From Treponemataceae bacterium (GTDB lineage Bacteria; Spirochaetota; Spirochaetia; Treponematales; Rectinemataceae): a stretch of 64,000 bases of DNA. The DNA is taken from assembly GCA_963667725.2 (NCBI GenBank), contig CAXXHO010000003.1, positions 2,176,001-2,240,000 of the forward strand, read 5' to 3'. The notes beneath the pieces are model-generated. The model made no database searches, was not told the origin of the DNA, and saw only the letters and a list, made by a program, of their open reading frames with translations. The position numbers were made by a program, and so were the translations under genes. Below, piece by piece: positions 1 through 9,885 of the stretch; the stretch's first letter is position 1, and each line of letters starts with the position of its first letter.

Positions 1-1431
1 GATTCCTCTTTCTATCTCAACAATATCTTCGAAAGCTTCCTCAACCGCTTCGTCCGAGGCATAAGGCTCCAGGCTGAGAGCCTCGAGCGCGCCGCCACCC
101 TCACCTTCGCCATAGCCGTTCTCCTCCTCGGAAGCCTCACCGTCATCGTCGTTTACCTCCTGAGCTCGGGAATACTCGTCTCCATACGCAGCCTGCAAAG
201 CGCGATCGGGAAAGTAGCCGAGGGCGATTTCTCCGTCCACGTCCCCATAAGCAGCAAGGATGAGCTGGGAGCTCTCGGCTCGGCCTTCCAGCGCCTGGCC
301 GATGACCTCAAGAAGAACGTCGAATCGATTCCGAGCATCCTGAAGGACGTCAACGAAGCGCTGCCCGAGGCGCCCGATTCCGAAACCATCCTCTCGATAC
401 TCTCCGACGCCCTTTTGAGGGAAGGCGGCGCGCGCAGCGTGTGCGTTTTCTCGCGCAAGGGCGGCGACCTGCAGCTCGCCGCGAAATCCGGCTTCGATTC
501 CCTGCCCGCCTGGCCCAAGGGAGAGGCGAGATCGCTGGATGAGTTCCATAGAATCCTGCCGACGCCCAACGCCACCTTCTTCATCAAGGAACTGTCAGCC
601 GAGAATTTCAGCCTCGGAACCTTGGGATTCGCGACCTCCATAGCCTCCCTCCTCGTGGTGCCGATGACGGTGCGCAGAAAAAACGCGGGCTATTTCCTTT
701 TCGCGCGCGACGACCGCGGCTTCACCGACCTCGAGTTCTCGCGGCTCACCGCCATAGCCGACTACGCCGCCCAGGTTCTGGACAGCGTGGAAGTGCACGC
801 CGCCCTCGCTGCCCGACACGACGCGGGCCTGGAGGCGCTGCAGGCCCAGATCCAGCCTCACTTCATATACAATGTGCTCACCTCGCTGATGGCCCTGAAC
901 CGCATGGGCGAGTCCGGGAAGCTGGAGGCGGCCATCATCGCGCTCAAGGACATGCTGAGATACGCGCTGGGCCACGACCAATGGACCACCGTCTTTGAGG
1001 AATTCGCCTTCCTGGAAAAGTACTGCGAGCTGCAGAAGCTCAGGCACGGAAACCGCTTCGATTTCGTGTTCGAAAGCGACGAAAGCACCGACGACATCCA
1101 TATTCCCAAGCTCATCGTGCAGCCCCTCGTCGAAAACGCCTTCATTCATGGGTTGGAGCCCAAGATGGGTCCGGGCAGGCTTTTCATCGGGGCCCGGATC
1201 GAAAAAAACACCCTCGTCATGAAGGTGGAGGACGACGGCGTAGGCTGCGATCCGACATCGCTCGAGGCTGTAGGGAACGGAAGCCTCCTCCATGAAAGAG
1301 TGGGGCTGGGCAACGTGAGGAAAAGGCTGGAGCTCCTGTACAAGGACGCGAGGCTGGACCTGGCGGGCGCCGAAGGCCAGGGTTTCACCGCCATCGTCTC
1401 GATGCCGCTGGAGGAAAGCGAAAGAAAATGA
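1..1431 (+). CDS. YesM/LytS-type sensor histidine kinase (TM-HAMP-GAF-like-His_kinase-HATPase), 5' truncated by window edge
   Basis: Frame open from base 1: TM helix, HAMP-like GKVAEGDFSVHVPISSKDELGAL, then LQAQIQPHFIYNVL, IPKLIVQPLVENAFIHG, DDGVG; ATGA overlap with next gene. Confidence 0.9.
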   Translation, partial: DSSFYLNNIFESFLNRFVRGIRLQAESLERAATLTFAIAVLLLGSLTVIVVYLLSSGILVSIRSLQSAIGKVAEGDFSVHVPISSKDELGALGSAFQRLADDLKKNVESIPSILKDVNEALPEAPDSETILSILSDALLREGGARSVCVFSRKGGDLQLAAKSGFDSLPAWPKGEARSLDEFHRILPTPNATFFIKELSAENFSLGTLGFATSIASLLVVPMTVRRKNAGYFLFARDDRGFTDLEFSRLTAIADYAAQVLDSVEVHAALAARHDAGLEALQAQIQPHFIYNVLTSLMALNRMGESGKLEAAIIALKDMLRYALGHDQWTTVFEEFAFLEKYCELQKLRHGNRFDFVFESDESTDDIHIPKLIVQPLVENAFIHGLEPKMGPGRLFIGARIEKNTLVMKVEDDGVGCDPTSLEAVGNGSLLHERVGLGNVRKRLELLYKDARLDLAGAEGQGFTAIVSMPLEESERK

Positions 1432-2129
1432 AGGTAATCGTTGCCGACGACGAGGCTCCGGCCAGGTTCCTGCTGAAATCTTTTCTGCTGGACGAGGGTT
1501 TTACGCCCGAGGACGTAGGGGAAGCGGGCGACGGCCTGGAACTCGTCGACATGGTCATGGCGGAAAAACCGCGGCTCTGCTTTGTCGATATCCGCATGCC
1601 GGGAATGGACGGGCTGGAGGCGCTGCGTCGCTGCGTTCCCACGGCCACAGGAACCTCCTGGGCCATCGTTTCCAGCTACAGCGAGTTCGAATACGCGCGC
1701 GCGGCGCTGAGACTGGGAGTCACCGAATACCTCGTCAAGCCCGTCGATCCCGGCGATTTTCACGCCTGTCTCGAACGTTTCAGGATGCTGCCATCCTGTC
1801 CGGAACAGGATCCGGTGATCGCGCGCGTCCTTGAACATGTGGCGCGCAATTTCAACGCCGACGTGAGCATCGCCGATCTCGCGGAGATGACGGGGTTCAC
1901 GCCCAACTATCTTTCGGCCTTCTTCCATAAGAAAATGGGCGAAACCTTCATGTCCTACCTCACGCGATTCCGGGTGAACGAGGCCAGACGGCTCCTCCTG
2001 GAAGGCGGACTCTCCGTGGCCGAGGCCGCCCGCGCCGTGGGCTATTCGGACGTCCGTCATTTTTCGAGGCGCTACCGCGAACTCCTGGGCGCCTACCCAT
2101 CGGAATGCAAGCCTGAGGGCAGGCAATAG
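1428..2129 (+). CDS. YesN-type response regulator (REC + AraC HTH)
   Basis: VIVADDE, FVDIRMPGMDG, YLVKP; C-terminal AraC motif YLSAFFHKKMGETF...VGYSDVRHFSR. Confidence 0.92.
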   Translation: MKVIVADDEAPARFLLKSFLLDEGFTPEDVGEAGDGLELVDMVMAEKPRLCFVDIRMPGMDGLEALRRCVPTATGTSWAIVSSYSEFEYARAALRLGVTEYLVKPVDPGDFHACLERFRMLPSCPEQDPVIARVLEHVARNFNADVSIADLAEMTGFTPNYLSAFFHKKMGETFMSYLTRFRVNEARRLLLEGGLSVAEAARAVGYSDVRHFSRRYRELLGAYPSECKPEGRQ

Positions 2130-2130
2130 T

Positions 2131-2169
2131 CCGGGATCGTAGAACCACCACACCCGAATCGTAGACCCA
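2131..2169 (+). promoter_or_regulatory. Direct repeat, candidate binding site of the AraC-type response regulator
   Basis: ATCGTAGAACCA (2136) and ATCGTAGACCCA (2158), 22 bp apart, upstream of rhaS. Confidence 0.5.
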
Positions 2170-2237
2170 TGCTATTTCGCGTTTCGGGAAACGCCCTCAT
2201 CATGTGATAGTACTCAAAATCTCCCAGGAGGCTTTTC

Positions 2238-3239
2238 ATGAAAAAAGCATTTCGTTTTGTAGCGTTGCTGCTCGTCTTCGCCCTGTTCGCCTCGGGCGCC
2301 GCGTTCGCCCAGCAGAAAATCCGTATCGCCATGGTCGTCAAAGGCCTCGGCAACGGATTCTTCGAAGCCTGCCGCGACGGCGGCCAGGAAGCGGCCAAGG
2401 AACTCGGCAACGTCGAGCTCATCTACCAGGGTCCCGCCACCCCGACCGCCGAGGGACAGATCGAGATCATCGACTCCCTGATCGCCCAGCGCGTGGACGC
2501 CATCGCGATCTCCGCCAACGACCGCGACGCCCTCGTTCCCATCGCCAAGAAAGCGATGAAAGCCGGTATCAAAGTCATCTCCTTCGACTCCGGCGTGGCC
2601 AAAGACGGCCGCCTCGTCGACCTCGTCCCCTCCAAAGAAGACCTCATCGGCCGCCAGCAGGTACAGCTGATCGCCGAACTCATCGGCAAGAAAGGCGAGA
2701 TCGCCATCCTCTCCGCCACCAGCCAGGCCACGAACCAGAACGCCTGGATCGGCTGGATGAAGGAAGAGCTGAAGAAACCCGAATACAACCAGATGAAACT
2801 GGTCGCGACCGTCTACGGCGACGACCTCTCCGACAAATCCTACCGCGAAGCCCTGGGCCTCTTCGAATCCTATCCCAACCTCCGCGGCATCATCTCCCCG
2901 ACCACGGTCGGCGTCGCGGCGGCCGGAAAAGCCATCGAGGACAAGGGCCTGAAGGGCAAGGTCGAACTCACCGGCCTCGGACTCCCCTCAGAGATGAAGT
3001 ACTACACCGAGAAGGACATCTCCAGGAAATTCGCCCTGTGGAATCCCATCGACCTCGGCTACTCCGCCACCTACATCGCCTACGCCCTCGTGAAGGGACA
3101 GGTGAAAGGTAATGACGGCGACGTGGTAAAGGCCGGACGCATGGGCAACATCGCGATCGGCAAGGACGGCAACGCGGTCATGGGCGTTCCCTTCGTCTTC
3201 ACGAAGGAAAACGTCGCCAAGTTCGCCAAGATGTTCTGA
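2238..3239 (+). CDS. rhaS: Rhamnose ABC transporter substrate-binding protein
   Basis: Signal peptide; VKGLGNGFF, PTAEGQI, SATSQATNQNAWI, FALWNPIDLGY; adjacent to rhaA/rhaM. Confidence 0.9.
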   Translation: MKKAFRFVALLLVFALFASGAAFAQQKIRIAMVVKGLGNGFFEACRDGGQEAAKELGNVELIYQGPATPTAEGQIEIIDSLIAQRVDAIAISANDRDALVPIAKKAMKAGIKVISFDSGVAKDGRLVDLVPSKEDLIGRQQVQLIAELIGKKGEIAILSATSQATNQNAWIGWMKEELKKPEYNQMKLVATVYGDDLSDKSYREALGLFESYPNLRGIISPTTVGVAAAGKAIEDKGLKGKVELTGLGLPSEMKYYTEKDISRKFALWNPIDLGYSATYIAYALVKGQVKGNDGDVVKAGRMGNIAIGKDGNAVMGVPFVFTKENVAKFAKMF

Positions 3240-3242
3240 GTT

Positions 3243-3305
3243 TCGAAGCAGCTTCGATTTTTTACTGCCTTTGCCGCGGCGCGCCGGGCTTCCCGGCGCG
3301 CCGCG
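3243..3305 (+). terminator. Hairpins after the binding-protein gene (partial terminator / mRNA stabiliser)
   Basis: TCGAAGC-A-GCTTCGA + T run; 14-bp stem CGCGGCGCGCCGGG-CTT-CCCGGCGCGCCGCG. Confidence 0.55.
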
Positions 3306-3356
3306 CGACGAGGCACTCTTCATTTCAGCGGTTCAACTTTTCAAGGAGGATCTCCA

Positions 3357-4898
3357 GTGGACTCGAACATTCTCGAGATGCGGGGCATCTCGATGTATTT
3401 CCCCGGCATCAAAGCCCTCGACGATGTGGACCTCTCGGTCCGGCCGGGTGAAGTGCACGCCCTGATCGGCGAGAACGGGGCGGGGAAGTCTACCCTCGTG
3501 AAAGTCCTCACCGGTCTCTACAGGCCTACGGCCGGGCGTATCGACTTCGAGGGAACCGAGCGGAAATTCTCCTCCACGGTCGAGGCCCAGCTGACGGGCA
3601 TCGTCGCCATCCATCAGGAACCCATCATGTTTCCCGACCTATCGGTCGCCGAGAATGTCTTCTCGGGCCACATGCTGAGGAAACGGGGCATCGGCCTCCT
3701 CGATTGGCCCGGTATGCGAGCCAAAACTAGGGAGCTCTGCGCGCGCATCGAGCTGGACGTCGACCCCGACGCCATGGTTTCCGAACTCTCGGTCGCGCAG
3801 CGCCATATGGTGGGCATAGCGCGCGCCCTTTCGATGAACGCCCGCCTCCTCATCATGGACGAGCCAACGAGCGCCCTCTCTATTCGCGAGACGGAGGATC
3901 TTTTCAAGATCGTCCGCCAGCTCCGCGACAGCGGTACGGCCATCCTCTTCATTTCCCACAAGTTCGACGAACTTTTCGCCATCGCGGACTCCTACACCGT
4001 GCTCCGCGACGGCAAGCTGATCGGCGCAGGCCTCATGAAGGACGCCACGATCGATTCCCTCGTCCGCCTCATGGCCGGCCGGGAGCTGAGCCAGATGTTC
4101 CCCAAGCGCAAGGCCGAGATAGGCGAGGAAATCCTCAGGATAGAGGGATTCAGCTCGGGACGCTCGTTCAAAGATGTCGGCTTTTCGCTCAGGAAAGGCG
4201 AAATCCTCGGCTTTTTCGGCCTCGTGGGCGCGGGGAGGAGCGAGATCATGAAATCTCTCCTCGGCCTCGACCCCCTCGATTCGGGCGAAATCTTCCTCGA
4301 AGGCAAGAAAGTCCGCTTCGCCGATCCCTGCGCGGCCCTCGCCCACGGACTCGCCTATGTGCCCGAGGACAGGCAGGGCCAGGGCCTCGTCCTGCCCCTC
4401 TCCATCGCGAACAATATCTGCCTGCCCCAGACGGCGAGCCTCTCCAAGGCCGGTTTCGTCGCCGGCAAAACTGAGGCCGCCCTCGCCCGCGAATACGGCG
4501 CAAAGATGGAGATCAGGGCGGCAGGCTGGGATGTCGAGGCGCTCACGCTTTCGGGCGGCAACCAGCAGAAAGTGGTCCTTGCCAAGTGGCTGGCCACCCA
4601 GCCGCGCATCCTCATTCTCGATGAGCCCACTAAGGGCATCGACGTGGGGACGAAGGCGGCTGTCCACGAATTCATGTCGAGCATGGCGGCCGAGGGCATG
4701 GCCATCATCATGATCTCCTCCGAACTGCCCGAGATCCTGGGCATGTCGGACCGGGTGGCGGTGATGCACGAAGGCGAGCTCGTCGCCCTGATGGACCGGG
4801 CCGAGGCGAGCGAGGAGAAAATCCTCAGGGCCGCCACAGGCGCAGGCCGTGGCGATGCCGCAGGCGCGGCCAAGGGCCTGGCGGGGGGAGCGAGATGA
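3357..4898 (+). CDS. rhaT: Sugar (rhamnose) ABC transporter ATP-binding protein, CUT2 double domain
   Basis: GENGAGKST, LSGGNQQKV, DEPTKGID; GTG start after GGAGG. Confidence 0.9.
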   Translation: MDSNILEMRGISMYFPGIKALDDVDLSVRPGEVHALIGENGAGKSTLVKVLTGLYRPTAGRIDFEGTERKFSSTVEAQLTGIVAIHQEPIMFPDLSVAENVFSGHMLRKRGIGLLDWPGMRAKTRELCARIELDVDPDAMVSELSVAQRHMVGIARALSMNARLLIMDEPTSALSIRETEDLFKIVRQLRDSGTAILFISHKFDELFAIADSYTVLRDGKLIGAGLMKDATIDSLVRLMAGRELSQMFPKRKAEIGEEILRIEGFSSGRSFKDVGFSLRKGEILGFFGLVGAGRSEIMKSLLGLDPLDSGEIFLEGKKVRFADPCAALAHGLAYVPEDRQGQGLVLPLSIANNICLPQTASLSKAGFVAGKTEAALAREYGAKMEIRAAGWDVEALTLSGGNQQKVVLAKWLATQPRILILDEPTKGIDVGTKAAVHEFMSSMAAEGMAIIMISSELPEILGMSDRVAVMHEGELVALMDRAEASEEKILRAATGAGRGDAAGAAKGLAGGAR

Positions 4899-5869
4899 AA
4901 AAACTATTGAAGCGCAAGGAGACGACGCTCTGTCTCCTCATCATCATCCTCACGCTGGCGGTATCCCTGCGGGCTCCCGGATTCGTGGCGCCCAAGAGCC
5001 TCCTCAACATCGTCGTCGACTCCTGCATCCTCATCATCGTGGCCATCGGGCAGTTCGGCGTCATCCTCATCGGCGGCATCGACATCTCGGTGGGCTCGAC
5101 GATGGCCCTGGCGGGCATGGCGGCTGCCATGCTCAACCAGTTCCAGCCGGGACTGCCCACGGCCTTCTTCATGCCCTTCAGCATCGCGGCGGGCGCGGCC
5201 CTTGGCGGCATCGGCGGCATCCTCGTCGCCTTCGGAAAACTGCCCCCTCTCATCGCCAGCCTCGGCATGATGAGCGCCTACAGAGGTCTCGTATTTCTCC
5301 TCTCGAAGGGGCAGTGGGTGACGGCCAACGAGATGACGGAAGGCTTCCGCAAAATCCCCGAAGGCTTGAGCCTCGGCCTGCCCCACATGTTCTGGGCGGC
5401 TCTCGCCGTCACCTTGCTGGCGCATCTTTTCATGCGTTATACACGATCAGGCCGGGACATTTACGCCATTGGCGGCAACCCGACGGCGGCCCGATTCGCC
5501 GGAGTGAGCCAGAAGAAAGTCGAAATCATCGTCTTCGTCATTTCGGGAGCCCTCGCCGGCCTCGCCGGCCTTCTCTACGTCTCGCGCTACGGCATAGCCC
5601 AGAACGAGACGGCTTCCGGATTCGAGATGCAGACGGTGGCGGCGGCCGTCTTGGGCGGCGTCAACATCGCGGGAGGCTCGGGGACCATACTCGGCGTCGT
5701 CCTGGGCTCCCTCTTCCTCGGCGTCGTCAACAACGCCCTCCCCGTCCTGCGGCTCTCTCCCTTCCTCCAGATGGCCATCCAGGGCTTCATCATCCTGACG
5801 GCGGTGGTCGCCAACACGATCATCGACCGACGCAACAAGAAAGCCTTCGCGGCGGGGAGGGCACGATGA
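4895..5869 (+). CDS. rhaP: Rhamnose ABC transporter permease
   Basis: GGIDISVGS, GRDIYAIGGN, AAAVLGGV; hydrophobic. Confidence 0.85.
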   Translation: MKKLLKRKETTLCLLIIILTLAVSLRAPGFVAPKSLLNIVVDSCILIIVAIGQFGVILIGGIDISVGSTMALAGMAAAMLNQFQPGLPTAFFMPFSIAAGAALGGIGGILVAFGKLPPLIASLGMMSAYRGLVFLLSKGQWVTANEMTEGFRKIPEGLSLGLPHMFWAALAVTLLAHLFMRYTRSGRDIYAIGGNPTAARFAGVSQKKVEIIVFVISGALAGLAGLLYVSRYGIAQNETASGFEMQTVAAAVLGGVNIAGGSGTILGVVLGSLFLGVVNNALPVLRLSPFLQMAIQGFIILTAVVANTIIDRRNKKAFAAGRAR

Positions 5870-6924
5870 GCGACTCCGGCACGGGATTCGTCGAGACGAC
5901 AAGACTAACAAAGTTGAGCGGCCCCATAAAGTTGGCCGATTTCCTTCTTCGATGGGAATCGATGCTCTTCCTCATTTTTATCTTCGTGTTCGCGGGCAAC
6001 TCTCTTCTCTCCCCCTATTTCCTCGATCCGGTGAACCTCTTCGACACGACCTTCAACTTCATGGAAAAGGCCGTGATGTCGCTGCCGATGATGTTCGTCA
6101 TCCTTCTCGGCGACATAGACATATCCGTATCGTCCATCATTTCCCTCTCGAGCCTCTTCATGGGCATGGCGAGCGCGGGCGGCGCCGACACCCCCACCAT
6201 CGTGGCCATAGGCCTGGGCGTCGGCCTTCTCGCTGGCCTCTTCAACGGCCTCCTCATCACAAAGCTCGCCATTCCCTCCATCGCCGTGACCCTTGGCTCT
6301 TCCTCCCTCTTCAGGGGGATAGCGAACGCGGTGCTGGGCGACCAGGCCTACACGAAATACCCCGCGAGTTTCGCCTATTTCGGCCAGGGCTACCTGGGCA
6401 AAAGCCTCGTGCCCTTCGAACTCCTCGTCTTCCTCGTGGCGGCAGTCTTCTGCGGCATCATCCTCAACAAAACGGTCTACGGCCGCCACGTCTACGCGGT
6501 AGGCAACAACAAGACGGCGGCGCGCTTCTCGGGCGTCCCCGTCGACAAGGTCAGGATGATAGCCTTCGCCGCGAGCGGGCTCGCGGCCGGCATCGCCGCC
6601 GTCATGCTCACCTCGCGCATCGGCTCGACGCGGCCCAATATAGCCTCGGGCTGGGATACGGACGTGATCACTATCGTCGTCCTCGGTGGCATCGCCATCA
6701 CGGGCGGCAAGGGCAACATCGCCGGCGTCATAATCTCGAATTTCCTCCTCGGCTACATGAAATTCGGCATGGGCGTCTTGAATGTGCCCGGAAAAGTGAT
6801 GAATATAATCACGGGCGTCCTTCTGGTCGTCGCTATCCTCCTGCCCAAGTTCACCGACGGACTTAGGGCTTCCTTGAGGGCGGGACGGGCGAAATCCGGG
6901 GCGCGAAGCGGAGTAAAACGATGA
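5866..6924 (+). CDS. rhaQ: Rhamnose ABC transporter permease
   Basis: Real part of ORF 4849..6924 from ATG 5866 (ATGA overlap); GDIDISVSS, SRIGSTRPNIASGW. Confidence 0.85.
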   Translation: MSDSGTGFVETTRLTKLSGPIKLADFLLRWESMLFLIFIFVFAGNSLLSPYFLDPVNLFDTTFNFMEKAVMSLPMMFVILLGDIDISVSSIISLSSLFMGMASAGGADTPTIVAIGLGVGLLAGLFNGLLITKLAIPSIAVTLGSSSLFRGIANAVLGDQAYTKYPASFAYFGQGYLGKSLVPFELLVFLVAAVFCGIILNKTVYGRHVYAVGNNKTAARFSGVPVDKVRMIAFAASGLAAGIAAVMLTSRIGSTRPNIASGWDTDVITIVVLGGIAITGGKGNIAGVIISNFLLGYMKFGMGVLNVPGKVMNIITGVLLVVAILLPKFTDGLRASLRAGRAKSGARSGVKR

Positions 6925-8189
6925 ACAGGAAGAACGACAAAGCGACCTTTGAAAACGCCGTCGAGCAATACGGGGAACTGGGTGTCGACGCGGAAGCGGC
7001 TCTTGTCGCCGCCGCCGCCCTTCCCCTCTCCCTCCACTGCTGGCAGGGCGACGACGTGGGCGGCTTCGAGCGCGCCGGCGCCTCCCTCGACGGCGGCGGC
7101 ATACAGGTGACGGGCAACTTTCCGGGCAAGGCGCGGAACATAGGCGAACTGCGGGCCGACATCGACGAGATGCGCGCCCTGGTGCCAGGCGCCTTGCGAC
7201 TCTCCCTCCACGCGATCTACGGGGAATTCGGCGGCAAGGCCATCGACCGCGACGCCCTCGAACCTGCCCATTTCTCAGGCTGGATGGACTGGGCCAAGTC
7301 CCGGAACCTTCCCCTCGACTTCAATCCCACTTTATTTTCCCATCCGCTGGCGGCTTCGGGATGGACCCTCTGCAGCCCTGAATCTTCCGTGCGCGATTTC
7401 TGGGTCGAGCACGCGAAGCGCTCCCGGCGCGTCGCCGCGTCCATGGGAGCCGCCCAGGGCTCGCCTTGCGTCAACAACACCTGGATTCCCGACGGCTCCA
7501 AGGACAAGACAGCCTCGCGCGGAGACTACAGGGCAAGGCTCGTCGAGTCGCTCGACCGCGTCTATGAGGAAAAAATTTCCGCCAGCCTCGTGGAGGATGC
7601 CGTCGAGGGCAAACTCTTTGGCATCGGAGCCGAATACTTCACCCCCGGCTCCCACGACTTCTACCTCGGCTACGCCGCCACGCGCCGGATATTCCTCACC
7701 ATGGACATGGGGCATTTCCATCCGACGGAAAGCGTGGCCGACAAGGTCTCGGCCGTCCTGCCCTTTGTTCCCGGCCTCCTCATCCACCTTTCCCGCCCCG
7801 TGCGCTGGGACTCGGATCACGTCCTCGTCAACGGGGACGAGCTGGCCGAAGTGGCCGAAGAAGTAGTCCGCTCCGGCCGCCTCGACCGGATCAGGCTCGG
7901 TCTCGATTACTTCGACGCCTCCATCAACCGCATCGGCGCCTGGGCCATAGGGGCGCGGGCGGCGCGCAAAGCCTTCCTCAAGGCCTTCCTTGAGCCGCGC
8001 GGGATGCTGGCCGCCGCCGAGGCTCGCGGCGACGGATTCGCGCGCCTCGCTCTCTTCGAGGAGGAACGTGGCCTGCCCTGGGGAGCCGTCTGGGATGAAT
8101 TCTGCCGGCGCGCCGACAAGCCCGCCGACCGTGAATTCTCAGGCGAAGTGGCTTCATATTCGAAGACCGTTCTCGCGTCGAGGAGCTGA
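6921..8189 (+). CDS. rhaA: L-rhamnose isomerase
   Basis: SLHCWQGDDVGGFE, WIPDGSKD, EGKLFGIGAE, GHFHPTE, HLSRPVRWDSDHV, GLDYFDASINR. Confidence 0.95.
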   Translation: MNRKNDKATFENAVEQYGELGVDAEAALVAAAALPLSLHCWQGDDVGGFERAGASLDGGGIQVTGNFPGKARNIGELRADIDEMRALVPGALRLSLHAIYGEFGGKAIDRDALEPAHFSGWMDWAKSRNLPLDFNPTLFSHPLAASGWTLCSPESSVRDFWVEHAKRSRRVAASMGAAQGSPCVNNTWIPDGSKDKTASRGDYRARLVESLDRVYEEKISASLVEDAVEGKLFGIGAEYFTPGSHDFYLGYAATRRIFLTMDMGHFHPTESVADKVSAVLPFVPGLLIHLSRPVRWDSDHVLVNGDELAEVAEEVVRSGRLDRIRLGLDYFDASINRIGAWAIGARAARKAFLKAFLEPRGMLAAAEARGDGFARLALFEEERGLPWGAVWDEFCRRADKPADREFSGEVASYSKTVLASRS

Positions 8190-8194
8190 GCGTC

Positions 8195-9427
8195 ATGGCC
8201 GACACCAAAAATAATTCCCCGAACGAAAACAGGGCCGCCGCTCGAGCGGCGGCCCTCGCGCGCCTCGTCCTCATCTCGAGACGCTTCGGCGGCGACTCGG
8301 CCTGGGTCCTCGCCGGCGGCGGCAACACTTCCTGGAAGACGGCCGACAGGCTCTACGTGAAGGCTTCTGGCTTCGCCCTCGGCTCCATCGACGAATCGGG
8401 CTTCTGCGAAATGGACCGCGCCCGCCTCGACGCCATATGGGAAAAGACCTACCCGGCCGACAGCGCCGCCCGCGAGAAGGAAGCCCTCGCCGACCTCATG
8501 GCCGCCAGGGTTCCCGGCGAGACGAAACGCCCCTCGGTGGAAACACTTCTCCACGGATTTTTTCCGCAGGCATTTGTCGTGCATACCCATCCGGCCATCG
8601 TCAACGGCCTCACCTGCGGCCAAGGCGGCGAGGCTGCCTTCCGGCGCCTTTTCGGCGACGAGGGCATCTGGGTACCCCTGGTCGATCCCGGCTACATCCT
8701 CGCGAAAACCGTGAGCGGCATTTTCGCCGAATTTAAAAGTAAGAAAGGCAGGGCGCCGGCCTTCATGTTCATGCAGAACCACGGCCTTCTGGTTGCGGGC
8801 GAAAGCCCGGAAGAGGTGGAAGCCCTATCGGATTCGATCATCGCGAAACTCAAGGCCGAAATCGCGGGCCGAAGGCCGAGCGCCGGTGCCGCCGCGAATG
8901 CCGAGCCCGACGAAAGAGCCGTGGCCGCTGACTTAGCCGCCGACGCAGCCGCTGACGCGGGCGCCGTCGCCGGATTCCAGGCCGCCCTGGGCGCCCTCGC
9001 TGGCGCCGACGCCGCCATACTGCACCGCGCCGACAGGATGATTGTGGGATTCGCCGCCTCGGCCGCGGCTTTCGCGCCGCTCTCCCAGCCCTTCAGCCCC
9101 GACCACATCGTCTACGCCGGCCACGAATACCTGCGGGTCGACGAGGTCGAGGCACTCCAGCCCGCCTGGGCCGACTATCTGAAACGGAACGGCAAGGCAC
9201 CGCGCATCGTCCTCGCCAAGAACATCGGAGCGTTCGCGATCGGCCAGGGCTCGCGCGAAGCGGCCGCCCAAGCCGCGTCACGCGCACTCGAACTCTTCGT
9301 GGATTCCTGCAAGGTGGCCATCTACAGCCTAGCTTTCGGCGGCCCCCGCCCCATGAGCCCCGAATCTGTCGCCTTCATAAGGAATTGGGAAGTCGAAAGC
9401 TATCGATCATCGATCGCGGCGCGCTGA
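8195..9427 (+). CDS. Class II aldolase/adducin family, probable rhamnulose-1-phosphate aldolase (RhaEW-like aldolase module without SDR domain)
   Basis: GGGNTSWK, VKASG, RPSVETLLH, VVHTHP, MQNHGL, SPDHIVY. Confidence 0.75.
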   Translation: MADTKNNSPNENRAAARAAALARLVLISRRFGGDSAWVLAGGGNTSWKTADRLYVKASGFALGSIDESGFCEMDRARLDAIWEKTYPADSAAREKEALADLMAARVPGETKRPSVETLLHGFFPQAFVVHTHPAIVNGLTCGQGGEAAFRRLFGDEGIWVPLVDPGYILAKTVSGIFAEFKSKKGRAPAFMFMQNHGLLVAGESPEEVEALSDSIIAKLKAEIAGRRPSAGAAANAEPDERAVAADLAADAAADAGAVAGFQAALGALAGADAAILHRADRMIVGFAASAAAFAPLSQPFSPDHIVYAGHEYLRVDEVEALQPAWADYLKRNGKAPRIVLAKNIGAFAIGQGSREAAAQAASRALELFVDSCKVAIYSLAFGGPRPMSPESVAFIRNWEVESYRSSIAAR

Positions 9428-9465
9428 ATGGCGCCCCGCGGCATAACGGTATACAGGAGAAAAGC

Positions 9466-9780
9466 ATGGAACGCAAAGCATTCGTCATGAAACTGAAACC
9501 GGGATACGAAGCCGAATATAAACGCCGCCACGATGCCATCTGGCCGGAAATGCTGGCCGAGCTCAAGGCCGCGGGCATATCCGATTATTCCATCTATCTC
9601 GACCCGGAGAGCCATTTCCTCTTCGCCGTCCAGACCCGCGCCGACAATTCCACCGCCAACGACCTCCCCGGCAAGGCTATCGTGCGGAAGTGGTGGGACT
9701 ACATGGGCGACATAATGGAGACGAATCCCGACCATTCTCCGGTATCGAAATCCCTCTCTCCCGTATTTCATATGGATTGA
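9466..9780 (+). CDS. rhaM: L-rhamnose mutarotase
   Basis: MERKAFVMKL, EYKRRHDAIWPE, KWWDYM, VFHMD; AGGAGA RBS. Confidence 0.93.
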   Translation: MERKAFVMKLKPGYEAEYKRRHDAIWPEMLAELKAAGISDYSIYLDPESHFLFAVQTRADNSTANDLPGKAIVRKWWDYMGDIMETNPDHSPVSKSLSPVFHMD

Positions 9781-9885
9781 GGCGGTTTTCCGCTTCCGCA
9801 AAGCGCGGCGACGCCCTATAATCCAGAAGAAGAGCGAGGCCGCCGGTTCCCTACGACAAAACCACAAGCGGCCAAGGAGACACAG

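Noticed and set aside
4849..6924. Long ORF-track entries suggesting fusions (also 12902..14719, 28819..30810, 30066..31820, 47049..48347)
   Set aside because: N-terminal parts are off-frame read-through of the preceding gene; true starts lie at internal ATGs, mostly ATGA overlaps
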